Below are positions 9,193-17,435 of a stretch of 64,000 nucleotides of DNA, one piece after another. The stretch is taken from positions 1,817 through 65,816 of the forward strand of contig NZ_JAEFAJ010000003.1 in NCBI RefSeq assembly GCF_016287535.1, in the 5' to 3' direction. The notes beneath the pieces were generated by a model. The model saw nothing but the letters and a program-made list of their open reading frames with translations. It was not told where the DNA came from and ran no database searches. The number at the start of each line of letters is the position of its first letter. Within the stretch, counting starts at the first letter, position 1. Source of the stretch: Ruminococcus sp. GTDB lineage: Bacteria; Bacillota; Clostridia; Oscillospirales; Ruminococcaceae. The translations under genes were made by a program, and so were the position numbers.

Positions 9193-9225
9193 GGAAAAGC
9201 CCTTCCATCAGGAAGGGTTTTTTCG
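9193..9225 (+). terminator. terminator after lysis genes
   Basis: CCCTTCC-ATCA-GGAAGGG stem-loop plus T6. Confidence 0.75.
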
Positions 9226-9228
9226 GTC

Positions 9229-9260
9229 AAGTGTCGCACAAGTGTCGTCAGAAGTGTCGC
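9229..9260 (+). repeat. three AAGTGTCG direct repeats (integrase arm-type-like sites)
   Basis: AAGTGTCG at 9229, 9240 and 9252 (11-12 bp period) between the lysis terminator and the tRNA terminator. Confidence 0.55.
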
Positions 9261-9321
9261 AGTCGTCATTATGTAGCAAAAAAGCCGCCTGTGAGGAAGT
9301 CTCACAAGCGGCTATTTTAAG

Positions 9322-9410
9322 CGGACAGAGAGGGATTCGAACCCTCGTAACGCTATTAACGTTAACACGAGTTCCAGTCGTGCGCCTTAGACCAGCTCAG
9401 CCATCTGTCC
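9322..9410 (-). tRNA. tRNA-Ser(GGA)
   Basis: GGACAGA/TCTGTCC acceptor stem, CACGA-CT-GGA-AC-TCGTG anticodon arm, long variable arm, GGTTCGAATC; CCA not encoded. Confidence 0.95.
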
Positions 9411-9414
9411 ATCA

Positions 9415-9499
9415 TGGTGCGAGTAATGGGACTTGAACCCATACGTCTGTCGACACACGCCCCTCAAACGTGCCTGTCTGCCAATTCCAGCACACTCGC
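9415..9499 (-). tRNA. tRNA-Leu(GAG)
   Basis: GCGAGT acceptor stem, anticodon GAG, long variable arm, GGTTCAAGTC, encoded CCA. Confidence 0.95.
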
Positions 9500-9654
9500 A
9501 AAGTACTATAATATTATACAACAAACCGAACTAAAAGTCAAGCAAAAAATAATAAAAAAGTATTTTTACTATAATACAACTAAAATATAACAAAATCTTC
9601 TTTTAGCAACTATAGCATACAGTAAACAGTAAATAATTACATTAAATCCTTATT

Positions 9655-9710
9655 TTCGACAATTTACGCTAAAACACCCCCTTGAAAAGCAATAATTACT
9701 GATGTAAAAT
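9655..9710 (+). promoter_or_regulatory. sigma-A promoter of spo0A with upstream 0A box
   Basis: TTGAAA(9682)-17 bp-TAAAAT(9705); TTCGACA (TGTCGAA on minus strand) at 9655-9661. Confidence 0.6.
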
Positions 9711-9744
9711 ATAAAGCGTAGAATACATGAAAGGAGAATCCAAT

Positions 9745-10497
9745 ATGGAAAACGAATCTATCAAAGTGCTGATTGGAGACAATTCAGCAGCAAACGGAGT
9801 AAAAGCAGCAGCAAAATTAAGAGAGAACGGCATGATCGCCTACACACGCAAAATGGATGGTCAGGTAATTTTCGACTCAATACTGAAAGAAAGACCTGAT
9901 GTCGTAATTACAGCTCTCACAATGCAGGACACAGATGCAATTGCACTGATGAACCGTGTAAAGGAGAAGCTTGTAAATGCGCCGGCTTTCATTGTAGCAT
10001 CAGATATCATAAACAGCTTCATTGAAAGACAAGTTATGGAAAGCGGTGCGTCATATTTTCTCTCTGCACCTTTTGATCTTGATGCACTTCCGGCTGTCAT
10101 CAAATCAGTCTGTAAAAAACCGGTCACAAACGGATGTACTGATACGGAAATAATAGTGACTGATGTAATACAGAAACTCGGAGTTCCGGCGCATATAAAG
10201 GGCTATCATTACCTCAGGACAGCAATAATAAGCGCAATCGACAACTGCAAGCTTATGGAAAGTGTAACAAAGCAGTTATATCCATGTGTTGCGCAGAAAT
10301 ATGCAACTACCTCATCACGGGTGGAAAGGGCGATACGTCACGCGATAGAAATAGCGTGGGACCGAGGCAATACAGAGGTAATAAACAGTTTTTTCGGCTA
10401 CTCTGTGGACAGTTACCGCGGAAGGCCGACCAATTCTGAATTTATCGCTCTCGTTACAGACAAGATCCGGCTTAAACTGAAGATTTCCCGAACTTGA
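9745..10497 (+). CDS. spo0A: Spo0A family transcription factor with degenerate receiver domain
   Basis: [31 protein letters not shown] and RPTNSEFIA Spo0A C-terminal motifs; RBS AAAGGAG before ATG 9745. Confidence 0.92.
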   Translation: MENESIKVLIGDNSAANGVKAAAKLRENGMIAYTRKMDGQVIFDSILKERPDVVITALTMQDTDAIALMNRVKEKLVNAPAFIVASDIINSFIERQVMESGASYFLSAPFDLDALPAVIKSVCKKPVTNGCTDTEIIVTDVIQKLGVPAHIKGYHYLRTAIISAIDNCKLMESVTKQLYPCVAQKYATTSSRVERAIRHAIEIAWDRGNTEVINSFFGYSVDSYRGRPTNSEFIALVTDKIRLKLKISRT

Positions 10498-10538
10498 ATA
10501 TTTAGAATAAAAGTGATATTTTATACTGATATAATTTC

Positions 10539-10569
10539 AAAGTGCCGTCAGCGGCACTTTTCTTTTTTT
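10539..10569 (+). terminator. terminator after spo0A
   Basis: AAAGTGCCG-TCAG-CGGCACTTT plus T-run. Confidence 0.75.
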
Positions 10570-10598
10570 GGAAGAAACAACTAATGAATTACTGACAT

Positions 10599-10627
10599 TT
10601 GCTTTTTACGGCTCCATATGCTATAAT
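10599..10627 (+). promoter_or_regulatory. sigma-A promoter of the PglX-like gene
   Basis: TTGCTT-17 bp-TATAAT with extended TG. Confidence 0.6.
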
Positions 10628-10692
10628 AATCCTGACAGAAAAATACTGTATGATCAGTGGATACTCAATAACCGCCATAAGGAGTAATTACA

Positions 10693-11562
10693 ATGTCTGA
10701 ACTTATCTCAAACAAGTTTAAGGAATGGGAAAAAATCTGCAATGAACGCTTTGAAAAGCTAAGGGAAAACGAAGAGAAGCTGAACTGTTTCTTTATTGAT
10801 CTTTACGGAATAGGCAATGAGATATCTCCGGAGGTGGACGACCGTGACATTACAGTGCGCAGGGCAGAGCTTCAGCGCGAGATAAAAAGTCTGATAAGCT
10901 ATGCTGTTGGCTGTTTTTTCGGACGTTATTCACTTGATACTGAAGGTCTGTGTTTTGCAGGCGGCGATTGGGACGCTTCTTTATACTCAACCATTATCCC
11001 CTGCTCTGACAATATCCTTGAGATAAACAGCGCAGAAAGCGGTCTTGCAGCCGAACTGACACGCTTCATCGGCACTGTATACGGAGACGACACGCTGGAA
11101 GAGAATCTGAGCTTCATCTCAGAAGCTCTTGGCGGCAGCGGAGATCCGAGAAGCACTGTTTTCCGCTATCTGCAGAAGGGCTTCTTCGCCGATCATACAA
11201 GAATATACAAGAAGCGGCCTATATACTGGCAGTTCAGCTCCGGCAGCAAAGGCGCATTCAGGGCACTGATGTATATACACCGCTATGACAGCGATCAGCT
11301 CACAAGACTTGAAAATGATCATGCTCTGCCGCATTATGAGCAGTTAAAAAATGAGCTCCGCACACTCAATGAAAGCTACCGTAACGCCTCCGGAACAGAA
11401 CGTGCCTCCCTGCGCCGCAGCATAAGCCGTATGCAGGCTGTAATAACGGAAATGGACGGTTTTCTTTACAGACTTCATGAACTTGCCGGACAGAATATAT
11501 CCCTTGACCTTGATGACGGAGTAAAAGCAAATTATGAAAAACTGAGAGATATACTCGAATAA
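10693..11562 (+). CDS. stand-alone homolog of the C-terminal region of BREX-1 methyltransferase PglX
   Basis: NEEKLN.FFIDLYG, IKSLISYAVGCFFGRYSLD.EGL, YKKRPIYWQFSSG, LMYIHRYD, DLDDGVKANY; no methyltransferase motifs. Confidence 0.75.
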   Translation: MSELISNKFKEWEKICNERFEKLRENEEKLNCFFIDLYGIGNEISPEVDDRDITVRRAELQREIKSLISYAVGCFFGRYSLDTEGLCFAGGDWDASLYSTIIPCSDNILEINSAESGLAAELTRFIGTVYGDDTLEENLSFISEALGGSGDPRSTVFRYLQKGFFADHTRIYKKRPIYWQFSSGSKGAFRALMYIHRYDSDQLTRLENDHALPHYEQLKNELRTLNESYRNASGTERASLRRSISRMQAVITEMDGFLYRLHELAGQNISLDLDDGVKANYEKLRDILE

Positions 11563-11781
11563 AGACAAAAGCTGTATTCGCCTATGAATACAGCTTTTTC
11601 TGATTTGTCCCTTTTCTGCAAAGGAAAAACCTCGGTACAGCAAATGTACAGACGCCGACCTCGGTCCCGCTCAAATAATAACCCAATTATTTTCGCATTT
11701 ACATTATATCATTTACAGTCACTCTTGTCAATAAGAATGAGCAGTATTTATACAACCCATACAAATACAACAGTGTATTTT

Positions 11782-12768
11782 TTAACAGCCGTTTTTTTCC
11801 TTTAAAAGCTTGTCGGTTTTAACTACTATAATATCGTTTTTCTTGATCTTTAAAGTCTCATTCGGAACTATCGTCAGCTCACCGCGAAGCAGCACGAGGA
11901 TACGTATATTGTATTTTAAATTTGCTTCGGCGACAGACAGTCCCCTGAAAGGACTCTTTTCATCCACAAGCAACTCTCCCACGTCGCTTATATCACTGAA
12001 TCTGACGTCGGAATACTGCTTTTTAGTGTACTGCTCAACAAATCCGGCGCTTATGATACCGGTAGGTATAGCAACTACTCCTACGCCGAGAAAGGCTATA
12101 AGTATCGCCATGATCTTTCCTATGACAGTTATCGGATAGATATCGCCGTAGCCAACCGTAAGAAGCGTAGAAACGCTCCACCATATCCCTGAAAAGGCAT
12201 TGCTGAAGGCTTCAGGCTGAGCTTCATGCTCTGCACTGTAAATACCGAGTGAAGAAGCCAGCATCAGCACGATAATAATGAACACAGACGAAAATATCTG
12301 ATTCTTTTTTTCAACAAGTACCGATGTGATAACATGAAAGGAATCATAATGTACATTTACCCTGAAAAGATGCAGTATCCTTATAACTCTAAGCATTCTG
12401 AAAACTATAAAGCCGTCAAGGAAAAAGAATGGCAGTATCGTAAGCAGGTCTACTACTCCGTCAAAGGAATGCAGGAACCTGAGCTGTGCGCGTATCCCTT
12501 TTTTCGCGGGATAGAGCATATCCGCAGTCCATATTCTCAGAATATACTCAACGCAGAACACAGCCACCGTAACGGCTTCAATAAACCTGAACAGCGCCTT
12601 GAAGCGTGTGAGCTCGTCGAAGGTGTCAAGGAAGACTGTAAGTATATTCAGGATAATGATCGTTACAATAAACCAGTCGAAGGACCGGCTGATAAAATCG
12701 TCCTTGTTGCCGATCTGGATTATATCGAATATTCGCCTTTTCAGTGTTTTTTTCTTAACCTCAGCCAA
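11782..12768 (-). CDS. voltage-gated-type K+ channel with C-terminal TrkA-C/RCK-C domain
   Basis: TVGYGDIYP selectivity filter, FRMLRVIRIL S4-like segment. Confidence 0.9.
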   Translation of the reverse strand: MAEVKKKTLKRRIFDIIQIGNKDDFISRSFDWFIVTIIILNILTVFLDTFDELTRFKALFRFIEAVTVAVFCVEYILRIWTADMLYPAKKGIRAQLRFLHSFDGVVDLLTILPFFFLDGFIVFRMLRVIRILHLFRVNVHYDSFHVITSVLVEKKNQIFSSVFIIIVLMLASSLGIYSAEHEAQPEAFSNAFSGIWWSVSTLLTVGYGDIYPITVIGKIMAILIAFLGVGVVAIPTGIISAGFVEQYTKKQYSDVRFSDISDVGELLVDEKSPFRGLSVAEANLKYNIRILVLLRGELTIVPNETLKIKKNDIIVVKTDKLLKEKNGC

Positions 12769-14185
12769 TTCCGTTCAACTCCGTATAAAGTTTTTTCGCA
12801 TAGCCGTCAGTCATGCCGCAGATAAAATCAGTAACGAGCATAAGCCTCAGATAGAGCTTTTCAGCATCGCTCCTGCCCTCTGAACTTATTCTGTAAGCCC
12901 TTATATAGTTTTCCGACACAAGCCGCATAACACGCTGATCTATCGCTGAACTTCCGCTTTCCGTATCAAATTTCACAGCTGCATTTGTGAGCTTGCCGAG
13001 CAGGAATTCATATATCTCTCCCGCCGCAATTTCAAGAGTGTATATCTCCTTTGAGCAGAATACGAAACGACAGGACATATCACTGAGTGCGGAAGCTAAA
13101 ACACGGCTCTCCGAAGCAGCAAGCAGCTCCTCAGGGAATACCCCCTCCATAATATCGTTGTAATTCTCAATGAACGCTGAAGCCGCACATCTCAGCAGAA
13201 CACCCTGCACATAGATTATCCAGCGCTGCACCGCGTTCTGTTCAGGCGACGACAAGCCCTTTTCCAAGGCCTGTCTGTAATAGTATTCCAGTCTGCTCAC
13301 CGCTTTTTCAAGAACGGCACGTTCCGTATCGTCCCTGCATTTTTCAGTATATGTGCCTTTCAGTTCGGAAACGAGCATATTGAAGCTTATGAAGCCCTTT
13401 TTCACAGCGTCCTCGATATCAGCGGTCTTATAAGCTATATCGTCGGCGGATTCAAGTATGAAGGCCAGCGGATGGCGGCAGTTCACCGCACCTGTACTGC
13501 TGACGATATCCTCGAATATCTCCCTGTCAGCGTAATAGTAGCCCATTTTCTTGTCCTTTATGTTTCCGCTTTTTTTATTTATGGCAGTTGAAGGGACCGG
13601 ATACTTGATTATTGTATTCAGCAGAGCATATGTAAGGTTCATGCCGTTCTCATCAACGAGGAAATGCAGCTTTGTAAGCAGACGCAGCGCCTGGGCGTTG
13701 CCCTCGAAGTGATACAGATCCTCCCTCATCTGCGGACTGAGGATATCCGACAGCTTTTTTCCGTTCAGCTCCATAACAGGAAGATTGCGCCTGAACCAGT
13801 CACGGACGTAATTCTCGCCGAAGTGACCAAAGGGCGGATTGCCGATATCATGTATAAGTCCCGCACATTCAAGGATACTGCATATCTTTTCAATATCCTG
13901 CCACTCAAGCTCACTGTCCGCGCCAGAAGCCGCTATCTTCCGGAAGATCATCTGTCCGAGAGACTTGGCAAATGAAGATACCTCCAGCGAATGAGTAAGG
14001 CGAGTACGAACAAAGTCGCCCCTGTCAAGAGGGAATACCTGAGTTTTGTCCTGAAGCCGCCTGAAAGAAGCACTGCCGATTATACGGTGATAATCACGCT
14101 GAAACTCATTTCTCGGATCGTCACTGACAGAAGTTGTGGAATAACCTCTGCGTCTTTTTTCACATAATAATTTTTTCCAGTTCAT
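12761..14185 (-). CDS. dgt: deoxyguanosinetriphosphate triphosphohydrolase
   Basis: FRRLQDKTQVFP, RTRLTHSLEV, HDIGNPPFGHFGE, EGNAQ, ADDIAY. Confidence 0.93.
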   Translation of the reverse strand: MNWKKLLCEKRRRGYSTTSVSDDPRNEFQRDYHRIIGSASFRRLQDKTQVFPLDRGDFVRTRLTHSLEVSSFAKSLGQMIFRKIAASGADSELEWQDIEKICSILECAGLIHDIGNPPFGHFGENYVRDWFRRNLPVMELNGKKLSDILSPQMREDLYHFEGNAQALRLLTKLHFLVDENGMNLTYALLNTIIKYPVPSTAINKKSGNIKDKKMGYYYADREIFEDIVSSTGAVNCRHPLAFILESADDIAYKTADIEDAVKKGFISFNMLVSELKGTYTEKCRDDTERAVLEKAVSRLEYYYRQALEKGLSSPEQNAVQRWIIYVQGVLLRCAASAFIENYNDIMEGVFPEELLAASESRVLASALSDMSCRFVFCSKEIYTLEIAAGEIYEFLLGKLTNAAVKFDTESGSSAIDQRVMRLVSENYIRAYRISSEGRSDAEKLYLRLMLVTDFICGMTDGYAKKLYTELNGIG

Positions 14186-14888
14186 TATATTGCTCCGTAT
14201 TGATTTTGATAGGTCTGTCCAAAGCTATACTGTCGGGAGCAACTGCACAGTCATACGCCAGCAGTCTTACTCCCTCTGCCTCCGCTCTCCTGAGAGCGTC
14301 TCCGAAAGCCTTATGGGTAATGTCATTCGGTCTGAACTCATATATGTCCTTCATTTGTATAACAAAGAGTATGTAAGCCCCGAAGCCCTCATTTCTGGCT
14401 TTTATGAGCTCGTTTATATGCTTCAGTCCACGCTCGGTAGGCGCGTCCGGGAACAGCGCGATACCGTCATATTCAAGAGTGACCCCCTTGACCTCAAGGA
14501 ATGAGGCCGTGCCCTTATCCTCTATGCAGAAATCAAATCTTGAAGAGCCGTAGGTATACTCACGCTTAATCACTGCATCTGCGGAAAAAAGCTCTCCCTG
14601 TCTCAGCCATTCCTCTGCTGCGGCATTGGGTATCTGCGAATCCATATTCACAAGAAGAGGCGCTTTTCCGCTGCGTACCTTTTCCACAGCCACAAGGTCA
14701 TATCCTGTCCTGCGTGCAGGATTATCCGATTTTTCAAGGTATACAGTACATCCACAGGTAAGGAGCTCCCTGCACCTTCCTGTGTTCTTGACATGGACCT
14801 CCTCTGTCCTGCCGTCAATGCGAACTCTCGCTATAAACCTGTTCGGACGCTCTATAAACTCAGCTTTCCTTATATGATGGTATAACAT
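14160..14888 (-). CDS. sfsA: DNA/RNA nuclease SfsA
   Basis: RPNRF, HVKNTGRCREL, SRFDF, EVKGVTL, FPDAPTERGLKH; start reassigned to ATG 14888. Confidence 0.92.
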   Translation of the reverse strand: MLYHHIRKAEFIERPNRFIARVRIDGRTEEVHVKNTGRCRELLTCGCTVYLEKSDNPARRTGYDLVAVEKVRSGKAPLLVNMDSQIPNAAAEEWLRQGELFSADAVIKREYTYGSSRFDFCIEDKGTASFLEVKGVTLEYDGIALFPDAPTERGLKHINELIKARNEGFGAYILFVIQMKDIYEFRPNDITHKAFGDALRRAEAEGVRLLAYDCAVAPDSIALDRPIKINTEQYNELEKIIM

Positions 14889-16500
14889 AGTCTTTTCCGT
14901 AAAGCTCCCTGTAGGTATCCTGTGTACAGTATACCCATACGTCACACATTTCTTCTTTATCTTTGAAAATGCGGCCTGCCTTGCCGTAGTACGCTTCGGC
15001 AATGTATTTTTCATCAAATCCGCCGATCCTGCATATCTCTATGGTCTCTCTCGGCGTATCGCATATGATAAAGTCAGGCGGTCCGCCGGCTCTTATCATA
15101 TCCTCATATTCTCCGATCTCCTGCTTGTCCGGAACGATATGGGATATATAGCTCTTGCCGTTATAGACATTATAGTAGATGTTTTTGTCAAAATAAGCCT
15201 CGGAAGCAACAGCAGAAGCCGAGTACATATGGGTGTCAGTCAGCACCCATGTCGTCATTATCTTTCTGTCTTCAAGACCGTTATCCTTTATCCATTCGGC
15301 AAGTCCCACAGAAGCGTCATAGTCACCTTTTATCTCATGATAGTAGCTGCAGCCGTCCCAGTAAAGATTTATACCGACAAAAGCAGCCGCTACTATAACG
15401 GCTGTCTTTTTTGCAAGCTTTTCCGAAATACCTGCATTTACCAGCGGTCCGGTGAACTCGCTCAGCCTTATCGGCTCGATATCTGACGCGGTCCAGAGAA
15501 TGAACAGCAGATACATTATAAATATACCGAAATGATGCGGATACGAATAAGAAGTCAGCAGCAGCGAAATGAACAGGTACGGTATCAGCATTTCCGGTAT
15601 CATTCTGCGCCTGAAGCATATCCTCAGAAGCAAAGCCCATATGATTACCGAAACGACAGCGGCTCCGAAAACATCCTGAAATGGGTTCACCTCCACCTGC
15701 ATACTCATCACCGGTGATGAAAAAGACGTAATAAGTGCCTCTGACGGCAGATAGAACCAGCTAAGCAGGAATATGACAGCTACATTGTGATTTCTTGTCC
15801 TTACTACCGAAGAACCAAAGGTATCCGAATATGGCATTATATCGGCGATCACAAGAAGAGCTCCTGCGAGGAGAGCGATATAGCATATAAGCAGTTTCCT
15901 GTTTTTCAGTACGTCAAGGACACTTTTTACCGCACTCCTCTGCCTTACGGCTTCACCGACAAGATCAGCAACAACGATACCGCCTGCCATAGCGATACCG
16001 TATGAATGGCAAAGGCACATCCCCATCAGGGCAATAACATAGCGTACAGGCTTTGTTTTGCGTTCCTTGTAGAACATAGCTGTAACGAGTACCGCAAATG
16101 CCAGCATTATATAAGGTCTTGATATTACCGCATACTGATAAATGAGGAAAAAGCTCGCCGGTATGACTGCTTTGAAGAGCCTGCTGAAAGGCGAAAAGAA
16201 TTCGATCATTACAAGAAATGCTTCAAAGAATATGAACTGCACCAATTTCAGCGCAAACGGGAACGGTATCCCGACAGTTACAGCTCCTTTAAGAATAAGG
16301 TGCCATAAAGGCGGATGTCCCTCATAATGCGTCAGATAAAACATTATATCATGCAGCGAAGCGTCTCTTGCGATAAGGTAAGCCTGTACCTCGTCATACC
16401 ATGTTTCATGGGAAATAAGCCCTATGACAACGATAACGGAAACCGCTGCCGTAATGATACAGCTTACCGCAAAGTCCTTCTTCCGTGTTTCTGTATTCAT
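14860..16500 (-). CDS. polytopic membrane protein, GT-C glycosyltransferase-like
   Basis: HETWYDE and YEGHPPLW in the first loop followed by about ten TM helices. Confidence 0.6.
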   Translation of the reverse strand: MNTETRKKDFAVSCIITAAVSVIVVIGLISHETWYDEVQAYLIARDASLHDIMFYLTHYEGHPPLWHLILKGAVTVGIPFPFALKLVQFIFFEAFLVMIEFFSPFSRLFKAVIPASFFLIYQYAVISRPYIMLAFAVLVTAMFYKERKTKPVRYVIALMGMCLCHSYGIAMAGGIVVADLVGEAVRQRSAVKSVLDVLKNRKLLICYIALLAGALLVIADIMPYSDTFGSSVVRTRNHNVAVIFLLSWFYLPSEALITSFSSPVMSMQVEVNPFQDVFGAAVVSVIIWALLLRICFRRRMIPEMLIPYLFISLLLTSYSYPHHFGIFIMYLLFILWTASDIEPIRLSEFTGPLVNAGISEKLAKKTAVIVAAAFVGINLYWDGCSYYHEIKGDYDASVGLAEWIKDNGLEDRKIMTTWVLTDTHMYSASAVASEAYFDKNIYYNVYNGKSYISHIVPDKQEIGEYEDMIRAGGPPDFIICDTPRETIEICRIGGFDEKYIAEAYYGKAGRIFKDKEEMCDVWVYCTQDTYRELYGKDYVIPSYKES

Positions 16501-17270
16501 TTCTGCCCCTTTCTTCTGTTTTCCTTTTCATCGAGCACCCTTAGGTAATACTGCTCCCTGTATTTTTTCGGTGTCATTCCCTTTTCCTTTCTGAAAACGC
16601 TTATAAAAGCGCTCTGAGACGAAAAACCCAGCGCAAGAGAGATATCAAGGCAGGAAAACTCGGAATCCGTAAGCAGGTTTTCAGCGGTCGAAATCTTCGC
16701 CCTGATAATGAACGATTTCACGCTCATTCCCGTTTCTCTTGAAAACAGCTTCGACAGGTAAGACGAATTAAGCCCCGTCTGCTCCGAAAGCACCTTCAGT
16801 GTAAGCTCCTCGTGAAGATGCTCATATATATAGTCTATACATTTTCTGACATGAAGGGAAATGACATTTTCCTTTTTGAGCGTTTTCATGCGCTCCGCAA
16901 AATCGAGCTGCATCTCAAGAAACAGGTCTACTATCTTTTCCACGTCGTTCAGCTTGTCCGCACGCTGAATGTAGATATCGCTGAGAGTGTAAGCCGTATC
17001 GTGACCGAGCCCGCCCTCCACGCAGAAACGGGAGACCAGAGCAACTGATGTAACGAAATGGTACATTATGTTCCTGACAGGGTCGTCGGAAAGAGTACCC
17101 TTTCCTACAAAGAAAGTCGGTCTCAGTCTTTCAAACTGTGCCCTTACAGCATCAGAGTCTCCTGATCTTATAAGCCTGTAAACATTCAGTTCACGCTCAA
17201 ACGGACTTCTTGTGAACCCGTCGTTGCGCTGTATATAGAGCCTGTAATTCAGATCGCGGTCAGTTTTCAT
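16497..17270 (-). CDS. AraC family transcriptional regulator
   Basis: C-terminal double HTH: SYLSKLF...LGFSSQSAFISVFRKEKGMTPKKYR. Confidence 0.92.
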   Translation of the reverse strand: MKTDRDLNYRLYIQRNDGFTRSPFERELNVYRLIRSGDSDAVRAQFERLRPTFFVGKGTLSDDPVRNIMYHFVTSVALVSRFCVEGGLGHDTAYTLSDIYIQRADKLNDVEKIVDLFLEMQLDFAERMKTLKKENVISLHVRKCIDYIYEHLHEELTLKVLSEQTGLNSSYLSKLFSRETGMSVKSFIIRAKISTAENLLTDSEFSCLDISLALGFSSQSAFISVFRKEKGMTPKKYREQYYLRVLDEKENRRKGQK

Positions 17271-17435
17271 GCTATCCCCCCAGTTTTACGTAATTTACCA
17301 AAAATTGTGGTATTTTTATTATATCTCATTTTTGATACAAATGCAATATTTATGATATATTTTCTTCATGCCTTTGATTATAATAATCACAGTGAAAAAC
17401 ACAAAGTTAACAGGCACTTTCTTGGAGGCGATTAG

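Larger units (their letters stand above)
4033..9321. mobile_element. degenerate prophage remnant next to tRNA-Ser(GGA), with an internal AT-rich cargo cassette
   Basis: Integrase fragment at left facing outward, SSB-like fragment, holin and endolysin at right, repeats and tRNA 3' end at the right boundary. Boundaries approximate. Confidence 0.7.

Noticed and set aside
7346-9436. Alternative-frame ORFs 7346-7639, 8955-9191 and 9242-9436, and the longer starts at 8582 and 9727
   Set aside because: They overlap better-supported genes or a tRNA and lack RBSs; downstream ATGs have clear RBSs.
10693-11562. Complete BREX system
   Set aside because: No methyltransferase domain and no other brx/pgl genes in the window.
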